A stretch of 34,212 bases of DNA, taken from positions 1 to 34,212 of the forward strand of contig JAQUAK010000001.1 of assembly GCA_028687275.1 (NCBI GenBank), in the 5' to 3' direction. The notes beneath the pieces were generated by a model. That model saw only the letters and a program-made list of their open reading frames with translations. It ran no database searches and had not been told where the DNA came from. Numbering within the stretch: the stretch's first letter is position 1; every line of letters starts with the position of its first letter. This stretch comes from Patescibacteria group bacterium (GTDB lineage: Bacteria; Patescibacteriota; Patescibacteriia; Patescibacteriales; UBA12465). This document shows, in pieces, positions 7,694 to 15,186 of the stretch. The position numbers were made by a program, and so were the translations under genes.

Positions 7694-9208
7694 TTAGCGA
7701 GCGTATTCAATTACCCTTGTTTCACGGATAACATTGATTTTAATTTCACCTGGGTATTTTAACTCAGTTTCAATCTGCTTGGCAATGTCTCTGGCCAGAT
7801 TGTGAGCTCTTAAGTCATCGACTACATCTGGTTTTACAAAAACGCGAATTTCTCGACCAGCTTGAATGGCGTAAGCTTTTTCAATGCCTTCAAAGCTAGT
7901 AGCAATCTTTTCCAGTTCTTCTAGGCGTTGTATGTAATTCTCTTGACTATCACTGCGGGCCCCCGGTCGAGCGGAAGAGATGGCATCGGCTACTTTAACA
8001 ATAACAGCAATGAGTGTTGATGGCTGATCATCGTGATGAGTGGCAATTGGGGCAATAATTTCTTCAGATAAATTAAATTTTTTAGCAATGTCACGACCAA
8101 TTTCCGTATGATTTCCTTGAATTTCATGATCAACCGCTTTGCCAATATCATGTAATAATCCACCCTTCTTAGCTAAAGTTACATCGGCGCCCAATTCTTC
8201 AGCTAGCATAGCGGCTAAATGAGCAACCTCAATAGAGTGGCTTAAAACATTCTGTCCATAGCTGGTGCGATATTTTAAACGTCCTAAAATCTGAACTAAT
8301 TTGGGTTCAAAGCCAGTAACGCCAACTTCATACATTGCTTCTTCTCCAGCCTTTTTGATGTCAACCGCTAATTCTTTTTTAGCCATTTCAACTGCATCTT
8401 CAATTTTAGTTGGATGAATTCTGCCGTCCTTTATTAAATAATCTAAAGTTTTTTTAGCGATATGCCGTCTGATTAGGGAAAAGCCAGAAACGGTAATGGC
8501 ATTAGGGGTGTCGTCAACGATAATCTCTACACCCGTCATCTGTTCAATGGCTTTAATATTTCTTCCTTCACGCCCGATAATACGACCCTTCATTTCATCG
8601 TTAGGCAGGTCAATGGTGGTAGTTGTTAGCTCTACTGTGTAGGAGGAAACCATGCGTTGCATGGCTAGGGCCATAATACTTTTTGATTTTTCTTGTAATT
8701 GATCATTACTTTCGTCCTCAAGCTTATGAATTCTAACCATTAAATCTTCAGCGGCTTGTTCTTCGACGTTTTTCAAAAGTATTTCTTTAGCCTCTTCTTT
8801 TCCGAGACCGGCCACTTCTTCCAGTTTTTGTAATTGCTCCTCTTGAATGCCTTTGATCCTTTCTTTTATTTCTTGAACTTCAGTGACTTTATCATACAGC
8901 TTTTGTTGTTTTTCCTGAAGGTCAAGTAATTTTTGTGAGAATGAGGTCTCTCTTTGTTCTAAGCGATGTTGTAAATCGCTAATTTCTTTGCGTCGCTGAC
9001 TTTCTTCTTTTTTAGCTTCATCAAGGATTTTGAGAGCCTTATCCTGAGCTCTTAGTAAAAGCTCTTTTTCCTTAGTTTTAGCCTCGCTAAGAATCTTTTC
9101 AGCCTTATTCTGTGCATTATCAGCCTGTCTACTAGCTTTTTTTTGTTGAAACCAGGTGCCGATAAAAAATCCTAGAACTGCCACAATGAGGGCAATGATA
9201 TATTCCAT
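7694..9208 (-). CDS. rny: Ribonuclease Y
   Basis: N-terminal TM helix, long coiled-coil region, KH motif IGREGRNIKAIE, and HD domain HSIEVAH...LLHDIGK. Confidence 0.92.
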   Translation of the reverse strand: MEYIIALIVAVLGFFIGTWFQQKKASRQADNAQNKAEKILSEAKTKEKELLLRAQDKALKILDEAKKEESQRRKEISDLQHRLEQRETSFSQKLLDLQEKQQKLYDKVTEVQEIKERIKGIQEEQLQKLEEVAGLGKEEAKEILLKNVEEQAAEDLMVRIHKLEDESNDQLQEKSKSIMALAMQRMVSSYTVELTTTTIDLPNDEMKGRIIGREGRNIKAIEQMTGVEIIVDDTPNAITVSGFSLIRRHIAKKTLDYLIKDGRIHPTKIEDAVEMAKKELAVDIKKAGEEAMYEVGVTGFEPKLVQILGRLKYRTSYGQNVLSHSIEVAHLAAMLAEELGADVTLAKKGGLLHDIGKAVDHEIQGNHTEIGRDIAKKFNLSEEIIAPIATHHDDQPSTLIAVIVKVADAISSARPGARSDSQENYIQRLEELEKIATSFEGIEKAYAIQAGREIRVFVKPDVVDDLRAHNLARDIAKQIETELKYPGEIKINVIRETRVIEYAR

Positions 9209-9500
9209 AAAATACGAACCGAAGTCGAGAGAGCGGGTTGCCTGAAAAAATAAAATTTCCCCTTATATCAAGGTTTGTTGTGTGAGACTTTTTGTAGTAA
9301 CGGAAATGATAAACATGAAATCCGAATTAATATAAGATAAAATTTAAACAGAATGCGGTTTATTGTTAAACAAATTGCTGGTAACCGCGCCAATCTTGAG
9401 TTCCGGTTATTAATTAATTGCTAAGTGATATTGTAATTATATTAGCAAGTATTTTTATCTTTGTAAAGTCGTTTTTGGCTTATTTTTAGCCTTATTTTTG

Positions 9501-9529
9501 TTGACTAAATCAAAAAAATAACGTAATAT
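9501..9529 (+). promoter_or_regulatory. Candidate sigma70-type promoter for infB
   Basis: TTGACT (9501-9506), 17-nt spacer, TAATAT (9524-9529), located 59 nt upstream of the infB ATG. Confidence 0.45.
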
Positions 9530-9587
9530 TAAAAAACAATTAATATACAAGCAAAGCCTTTGTTGTAAGGCTAAATTAAATTTAATT

Positions 9588-11570
9588 ATGAATATTACAG
9601 AATTAGCTCGAATATTACGTATCTCACCGCAAGAATTGCGTGATTTATTGCCCGAATTAGGTTTTGCTATTGGTCAAAAGGCGATCAAAGTAGATAATAA
9701 TACGGCCAAAAAAATTATCAGAAATTGGCCTAGTTTTAGGCGACAATGGGAGCAACGTAAGGCCGCGGAGAGAGCTAAAAAGAAGGATGAAGAGATATTG
9801 CCTAAAGAGAAAAGAACGATTCAGATACCCGCCGTTATTACGGTTAGGGCTTTAGCGGAGATTGCGCAGATACCAGTTAATCGTATTTTGACGGAATTAA
9901 TTAAAAATGGCGTTTTTGCTTCTATTAATGAAAAAATTGACTTTGACGCAGCCTCTATTATTGGGAGTGATTTAAATTTAGATGTTCAGTTGCTCGAAGA
10001 AGATGATGACAGCGAAGAAGATGAAGAAAAGAAATTAAAAGATATTCTTGATTTAGAAAAGCCAGAAGATATGGAGCTTCGGCCGCCGGTTGTAGTAGTT
10101 ATGGGTCACGTTGACCACGGTAAGACAAAATTATTAGATTCTATTCGTTTAAGTCATGTGATTGACAATGAGGCTGGTGGTATCACTCAGCATATTGGCG
10201 CTTATCAAGTGGTTCGTAATAATAGAGCTTTAACTTTTATTGATACTCCCGGACACGAGGCTTTTACCGCTATGCGTAGTCGTGGAGCTAAAGTGGCTGA
10301 TATTGCCATTCTAGTAGTGGCAGCTGATGATGGCGTTAAGCTGCAGACAGTAGAAGCTTTTCGTATTATTGAAGCAGCTAAATTACCATATTTAGTTGCA
10401 ATTAATAAAATTGATAAACCAGAGTCGGATGTCATGCGCACCAAACAAGATTTGGCTAATAAGCTTAATATTACTCCAGAAGACTGGGGTGGAAAAATTA
10501 TAACCGTGCCTATTTCTGCTAAAGAAGGTACTGGAATTGAAGATCTCTTAGACATGGTGCTGTTAACAGCTGACGCTGCCTTAGGTGATACTTTGCGGGC
10601 TAATCCAGCGGCTGATGCCGCCGGGACTGTTGTAGAATCGAACATGGATAAAGCGGCCGGGCCGGTCGCAACTCTGTTAGTGCAAAACGGTACTTTAAAA
10701 GTTGGTGATCAGCTTTGTTTTGAAGATGTTATCTATGGTAAAGTAAAATCTTTAAAAAATCATTTAGGAGAAAATATTAAAGAAGCAGGGCTATCAGTCC
10801 CAGTTAAAATTTTAGGTTTAAAAATTTCTCCTTCAGTTGGTGATATTCTTTATGTTGGTGACGGTAAAAAATTAAAAATGCGTAAAATTAAGAGCTCTGA
10901 TGTGAAAAAAGAAAAGATTATGTCGATTGCTCAACAAGAAAACGCTGATGATAACACCCCTAAAGTCAATCTAATTATTAAGAGTGATTTCTTGGGTTCG
11001 GCTGAAGCAATTGAAGAGTCACTAATGAAAATAAATACAGAGATTGTTAAAGTGAAGATTATTTCTAAAGGACTTGGCAATGTTACTGAGGGGGATATTA
11101 AAAGAGCCGAAGATTCTGGTGCTCAGATTATTTGTTTTAATACTAAAATGTCACCAGCAGTTGAAAATGTAGCTCGTAACCAAAATATTACTGTAAAGGC
11201 TTATTCGGTTATTTATGATTTAATTAAATATGTTAAAGAAGAGATGCAGAAAATGGTGCCAGTTGAAATTACTCGAGTTGATTTAGGGAAATTGAAAGTT
11301 TTGGCTATTTTCCGTACGGAGAAACAGCAGCAGATTATTGGTGGCAAGGTGGTGAGTGGTAAGCCCGAAAATAATGCCACTGTTAATGTTTGGCGCGGAG
11401 AAGAATTTGTTACTACCGGTTTAATTACTAGCTTGCAGTCTGCCAAACAAGAGGTTAAGTTTGTGGAAGAAGGAGAAGAGTGCGGTCTTAAATTTGAAGG
11501 CGAACCAGTTATATTAGAAGGTGACACTTTAGAGTTTTATCGTGAAGATAAAAATGTAAAAACAATTTAA
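9588..11570 (+). CDS. infB: Translation initiation factor IF-2
   Basis: G domain GHVDHGKT, DTPGHEAF and NKID, an IF2_N-like N-terminus, and a conserved C-terminal domain. Confidence 0.95.
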   Translation: MNITELARILRISPQELRDLLPELGFAIGQKAIKVDNNTAKKIIRNWPSFRRQWEQRKAAERAKKKDEEILPKEKRTIQIPAVITVRALAEIAQIPVNRILTELIKNGVFASINEKIDFDAASIIGSDLNLDVQLLEEDDDSEEDEEKKLKDILDLEKPEDMELRPPVVVVMGHVDHGKTKLLDSIRLSHVIDNEAGGITQHIGAYQVVRNNRALTFIDTPGHEAFTAMRSRGAKVADIAILVVAADDGVKLQTVEAFRIIEAAKLPYLVAINKIDKPESDVMRTKQDLANKLNITPEDWGGKIITVPISAKEGTGIEDLLDMVLLTADAALGDTLRANPAADAAGTVVESNMDKAAGPVATLLVQNGTLKVGDQLCFEDVIYGKVKSLKNHLGENIKEAGLSVPVKILGLKISPSVGDILYVGDGKKLKMRKIKSSDVKKEKIMSIAQQENADDNTPKVNLIIKSDFLGSAEAIEESLMKINTEIVKVKIISKGLGNVTEGDIKRAEDSGAQIICFNTKMSPAVENVARNQNITVKAYSVIYDLIKYVKEEMQKMVPVEITRVDLGKLKVLAIFRTEKQQQIIGGKVVSGKPENNATVNVWRGEEFVTTGLITSLQSAKQEVKFVEEGEECGLKFEGEPVILEGDTLEFYREDKNVKTI

Positions 11571-11572
11571 TT

Positions 11573-11926
11573 ATGTCCAAAGTTGATCAGTTAAATGAAT
11601 TATTACATCGCGAATTAGCAGAAGCAATCAACAGAGAATTAGAGTTGCCTGAAGTTTTTGTGACAGTTACTTATGTCTCCTGTATGCCTGATTTACAGTT
11701 CGCTAAAGTAATTGTTTCAGTTTTGCCTGATAAAATGGCGGGCACTGCTTTAAAGAAACTTAAAGCTGCTTCGGGTAGAATTGTATCTAGTATTACCAAA
11801 AAGACTCGCCTACGCAAAGTGCCTCGCTTATTATGGGAATTTGATCCAACTGAAAGAAAAGCGGCTATTTTGGAAGATGTTTTCTTAAAAATTGATGAAG
11901 ATGAGGATGAGGATATAAATTTTTAA
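11573..11926 (+). CDS. rbfA: Ribosome-binding factor A
   Basis: Starts 2 nt after the infB stop (conserved infB-rbfA synteny). RbfA-like LRKVPRLLWEFD motif. Acidic tail DEDEDEDINF. Confidence 0.85.
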   Translation: MSKVDQLNELLHRELAEAINRELELPEVFVTVTYVSCMPDLQFAKVIVSVLPDKMAGTALKKLKAASGRIVSSITKKTRLRKVPRLLWEFDPTERKAAILEDVFLKIDEDEDEDINF

Positions 11927-11950
11927 TTTTAAATCGCTCTCATTTAGATA

Positions 11951-11986
11951 AACTCCATGACCACGAGTCTTTATGGAGTTTTTTTG
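11951..11986 (+). terminator. Rho-independent terminator after rbfA
   Basis: Stem ACTCCAT (11952-58) / ATGGAGT (11973-79), followed by TTTTTTT. Confidence 0.65.
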
Positions 11987-11995
11987 TAGGGCGCT

Positions 11996-12024
11996 TTGAC
12001 ATTTATTATTTTTATCTATAAAAT
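11996..12024 (+). promoter_or_regulatory. Candidate promoter for the DHH gene (would give a leaderless or near-leaderless mRNA)
   Basis: TTGACA (11996-12001), 17-nt spacer, TAAAAT (12019-12024). The ATG at 12033 is only 9 nt past the -10 box. Confidence 0.4.
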
Positions 12025-12032
12025 AATTGGTT

Positions 12033-13058
12033 ATGTCTATACAAAGCAAATTAATTCAAGCTTATGAAATGATGGCAGCGGCCAGCAGTGTTTTAATAAT
12101 TGCCCATCTTCGTCCTGATGGCGATGCTTTGTCTTCGGTAGCAGCCTTGCGTTTAGTTGTTAAAGATTTAGGCAAGCAAACCGCTTGTTATTGTCAACAA
12201 AAAAATCAACAGTTATTTGATTATTTGCCTGGCTTTCAAGAAATAGAGTCTGATTGGGATTATTTGAAGTCTAAGTATGAATTTGAAGGTAATATTATTG
12301 ATAAATTTGATCTAGTGATAGTAGCGGATTGTGGAGCGCTAACCCGCACTGCTTTAGTTCAAGAAATTACTGATTACAAGCAGGCTGGCGGAAAAATAAT
12401 TGAGTTTGATCACCATCCCCGCATTGATGAATATGCCGATTTAGAAATCCGCTATCCTGACCTGTCTTCAACAGCCGAATTAATCTATCAATTTATTATT
12501 GTCAATAAAATATTTCTCAGTCGGGAGTTGGCTGATTGCGTTTTAACCGGAATTTTAATGGATACTGGAAACTTCCTCTATCCGTCGGCAAGTAATGAAA
12601 CTTTAAAAGCCGTTGCGGCCACTTTAGCAGCTGGGGCTCATTATTCTAAAATTGTAAGTTATACTCTACAGAACAAAGATATGGCAGTGGTTAAGATGTG
12701 GGGCTTAGCTTTGGAAAGATTGAAAATAAACTCTCGTTATCAGATGGCCACTTCGGTTATTACGCGGGCTGATATTAAAAACATTCTTGGCCAAGACGCC
12801 TTAGATACTGCCAGCGAAAGCGATTTGTTTAGTGGTCTCTCTGGTTTTTTAAGTAACTTAGCTGGCGCTAAAGCGATTTTATTGTTATATGAAGAAGAAG
12901 ACGGTTACGTTAAAGGAAGTTTACGGAGCACTCCGAATGGTTTTATGGTTGATAAATTAGCTAGAACTCTTGGTGGTGGTGGCCACAAGCGAGCCTCTGG
13001 TTTTAGTATTCCTGGTCACTTAGAAAAAATTGGTAATAATTGGCAGATAATAAATTAA
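12033..13058 (+). CDS. DHH/DHHA1 phosphoesterase (NrnA-like oligoribonuclease / pAp phosphatase)
   Basis: Motifs HLRPDGDALSS, ADCG, FDHH and GGGH. The ORF-track start at 12027 is TTG; the ATG at 12033 is preferred. Confidence 0.8.
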   Translation: MSIQSKLIQAYEMMAAASSVLIIAHLRPDGDALSSVAALRLVVKDLGKQTACYCQQKNQQLFDYLPGFQEIESDWDYLKSKYEFEGNIIDKFDLVIVADCGALTRTALVQEITDYKQAGGKIIEFDHHPRIDEYADLEIRYPDLSSTAELIYQFIIVNKIFLSRELADCVLTGILMDTGNFLYPSASNETLKAVAATLAAGAHYSKIVSYTLQNKDMAVVKMWGLALERLKINSRYQMATSVITRADIKNILGQDALDTASESDLFSGLSGFLSNLAGAKAILLLYEEEDGYVKGSLRSTPNGFMVDKLARTLGGGGHKRASGFSIPGHLEKIGNNWQIIN

Positions 13059-13087
13059 TAAATTAATAGTTCTTAAACAACAAAATC

Positions 13088-13360
13088 ATGAAAAAGAAAA
13101 CGGTAACAACAAACTGGTTCGTTGAGCCTTTGAATCCTTTTACTAACGAGGTCATAGCCAAAGAATTAGCTAAGACAGCGGATATAGTCGAAAGCGTTAA
13201 ATTAAAGATTAATGACGGCAGTGTACACGCAATGTATCAAGTTCCTTCATATCATATTATTAGTCAGCTAGATGCTGGTAAAAAACAATTTTCTTTGAAG
13301 TATAAAGTGTATAGCCGAACTGGTATAAATGCACAAATACGGATATGGAATTTTGGTTAA
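13088..13360 (+). CDS. Hypothetical protein (90 aa)
   Basis: ATG ORF, co-oriented with and 29 nt after the DHH gene, followed by a strong hairpin. No family recognised. Confidence 0.4.
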   Translation: MKKKTVTTNWFVEPLNPFTNEVIAKELAKTADIVESVKLKINDGSVHAMYQVPSYHIISQLDAGKKQFSLKYKVYSRTGINAQIRIWNFG

Positions 13361-13371
13361 AAATAGTTGAT

Positions 13372-13399
13372 AAAGAAGACTCCAACAGGAGTCTTCTTT
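13372..13399. terminator. Hairpin terminator between the convergent 13088-13360 ORF and trmD
   Basis: 12-bp perfect stem AAAGAAGACTCC / GGAGTCTTCTTT with loop AACA. A T-run follows on the plus strand. The hairpin abuts the trmD stop codon. Confidence 0.65.
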
Positions 13400-14071
13400 T
13401 TATTTTTTTGTTTTTTGTTTTTTGTTTCTCCAATCCTTTATTTTAGCATGATGACCCTCTAATAATATTTTAGGGACGGCATATTTTTTGCCTTCAGCTT
13501 CAAAGACGGCTGGACGAGTATATTGGGGATATTCTAGAATGTTTGTTTCAGAATGAGATTCTTCTTCAATGCTAGCACTATTACCTAACACTCCTGGCAA
13601 GAGACGAGTAATAGAATCAATTATAATCATAGCTGGTAGTTCACCGCCAGTCAAAACATAATCGCCGATAGATATTTCCGTGTCAATAAATTTCTTGATT
13701 CTTGCATCCACCCCTTCATAGCGTCCACAGATAAAAATAATTTCATCAAGTTTAGTGTATTGACGAGCCAATTTTTGATTCCAAGTTTTTCCGCTAGCAG
13801 ATAATAGAACAACCTTCCTTTTTTTAGGGCTAGCTTTGCTTTTCTTTTTTATATCTTTGAGAGCCTGATATAGGGGCTCTATTTTCATTAACATGCCCGC
13901 ACCGCCGCCATAGGGTGTATCATCAACTGTGCGATGACGATCATGTGTCCAGTCGCGTAGGTTAAATTTTGTAACATCAATAATCTTATAATCTATAGCT
14001 CTTTTGATAATGCTATCATCGAGATAAGAATCAAGAATGTTGGGGAAGATGCTTAATAGTTTAAATTTCAT
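13400..14071 (-). CDS. trmD: tRNA (guanine37-N1)-methyltransferase TrmD
   Basis: FPNILDSYLD..., YGGGAGMLMK and GRYEGVDAR motifs. Confidence 0.92.
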   Translation of the reverse strand: MKFKLLSIFPNILDSYLDDSIIKRAIDYKIIDVTKFNLRDWTHDRHRTVDDTPYGGGAGMLMKIEPLYQALKDIKKKSKASPKKRKVVLLSASGKTWNQKLARQYTKLDEIIFICGRYEGVDARIKKFIDTEISIGDYVLTGGELPAMIIIDSITRLLPGVLGNSASIEEESHSETNILEYPQYTRPAVFEAEGKKYAVPKILLEGHHAKIKDWRNKKQKTKK

Positions 14072-14090
14072 ATGTTAATATTTTATAACA

Positions 14091-14121
14091 AAAAAGCCGG
14101 ATTGGGAAATCCGACTTTTTT
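14091..14121 (-). terminator. Intra-cluster hairpin plus U-tract between the KH gene and trmD
   Basis: Minus-strand RNA reads AAAAAAGUCGGAUU-UCCC-AAUCCGGCUUUUUUGUU. The stem has one mismatch and is followed by U6. Confidence 0.55.
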
Positions 14122-14140
14122 AAGCTTGTTCAATTTTGAA

Positions 14141-14491
14141 TTAGATTTTGAGATCGTCCAAGGCAGAGGTGTCAACGTCACTTAAATCTGCACTCTGATT
14201 GCTCTGAGCACCCTCAGTTGGGCGTGAAGTGCGACGAGCACCACCTTCTGGATCAAAGATCTTTAAATTTACGCGAGAGTTATTTTTAGCACCAACAATC
14301 TTTAATAAAGTTCGGATTGCCTGCGCTGTTTGACCCTTACGGCCAATAACATAACCCATATCCGCTGGGTTGATCTTAAGAGTTAAAAGAACTCCCATTT
14401 CATCGACGGTCCGTTCGACATTTACGTCTTCAGGGTTGCTGACGATGTTCTTTACAATCATCTCGAGAAACTGTTTGTCTGCATTTTCCAT
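14141..14491 (-). CDS. KH-domain RNA-binding protein (KhpA/YlqC-like) with a C-terminal tail
   Basis: The VIGRKGQTAQAIRTLL GxxG KH motif. Sits directly downstream of rpsP, as in many bacteria. Confidence 0.8.
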   Translation of the reverse strand: MENADKQFLEMIVKNIVSNPEDVNVERTVDEMGVLLTLKINPADMGYVIGRKGQTAQAIRTLLKIVGAKNNSRVNLKIFDPEGGARRTSRPTEGAQSNQSADLSDVDTSALDDLKI

Positions 14492-14624
14492 ACTTGTTGT
14501 TACTGGGCCTTCAAGTCAATCGAATAAACATTCGTTGAAATTGAAAGTCCCTAGCCTTTAATTATATTATCTTGTTTACACAAGATTTACCCTAATATTA
14601 TAATTATTTTTTAACTTTGTCAAT

Positions 14625-15080
14625 TTAAGCTTTTACTTCTGTGCTTTCTTCTGGGGCGACTGCTACTTCCTCATCTTTCTTCTCTTCGGTTTTTTCTGCG
14701 GCCTCAACAACATTTTCTTCTACTTCTTTAACCACTGGGGCCTCTACCTCTTTCTTAGCAGCAGCTTGTTTATCAGCCTTACTCTTTAATTGGGTGGCTC
14801 TTTTCTCATTAGCAACGCCAACCTTTGAAGCTTTAACTTTTTTGCCTTCAATAATGCCTTTGCCTACTAATAAATTGTTAATAGTCTCGGTCATGCCAGC
14901 ACCCTTACTTAGCCAGTGTTTAACGCGGTCAGTTTTAACCTGTAAGTCTTTGGAATAAGGGTTGTATGAGCCTAAAATTTCTAAAGCTCTTCCGTAAGGA
15001 TCACGTCCTTTTTCAGAAATAATAAGACGAAAAACCTTTTTGTTTGTTTTACCAATTTTTGATAGTTTAATCATTAACAT
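14625..15080 (-). CDS. rpsP: 30S ribosomal protein S16 with a long Lys/Glu/Ala-rich C-terminal extension
   Basis: MIKLSKIGKTNKKVFRLIISEKGRDPYGRALEILGSYNP matches the S16 N-terminal domain. The true start may be the ATG at 15074 (third codon). Confidence 0.9.
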   Translation of the reverse strand: MLMIKLSKIGKTNKKVFRLIISEKGRDPYGRALEILGSYNPYSKDLQVKTDRVKHWLSKGAGMTETINNLLVGKGIIEGKKVKASKVGVANEKRATQLKSKADKQAAAKKEVEAPVVKEVEENVVEAAEKTEEKKDEEVAVAPEESTEVKA

Positions 15081-15156
15081 ATAATCTTCTTTTTTATGGG
15101 GCGTGCCCGAGATTTATTAATCAAGCGTATAACGCTTTTCTTTCCTTTATTGACAA

Positions 15157-15185
15157 ATATTAGCTTAACACTATACAAAAGTCAA
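15157..15185 (-). promoter_or_regulatory. Candidate promoter for rpsP, immediately after the pnp stop
   Basis: Minus strand reads TTGACT (15185-15180), 17-nt spacer, TAATAT (15162-15157). Confidence 0.4.
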
Positions 15186-15186
15186 G

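Noticed and set aside
10205-10645. 146-aa antisense ORF inside infB, plus similar antisense or alternate-frame ORFs (3172-3381, 3904-4140, 4550-4810, 7380-7562, 11213-11527, 14370-14561, 14641-14958, 15209-15448, 18004-18226, 20380-20577, 21223-21501, 22501-22860, 23284-23631, 26079-26264, 28405-28605, 29384-29590, 29893-30075, 30325-30558, 31942-32145, 33073-33297, 33424-33606)
   Set aside because: All of them lie within well-supported conserved genes on the opposite strand or in another frame. Their compositions (Ser/Leu/Cys-rich) are typical of shadow ORFs, and none shows a recognisable motif.
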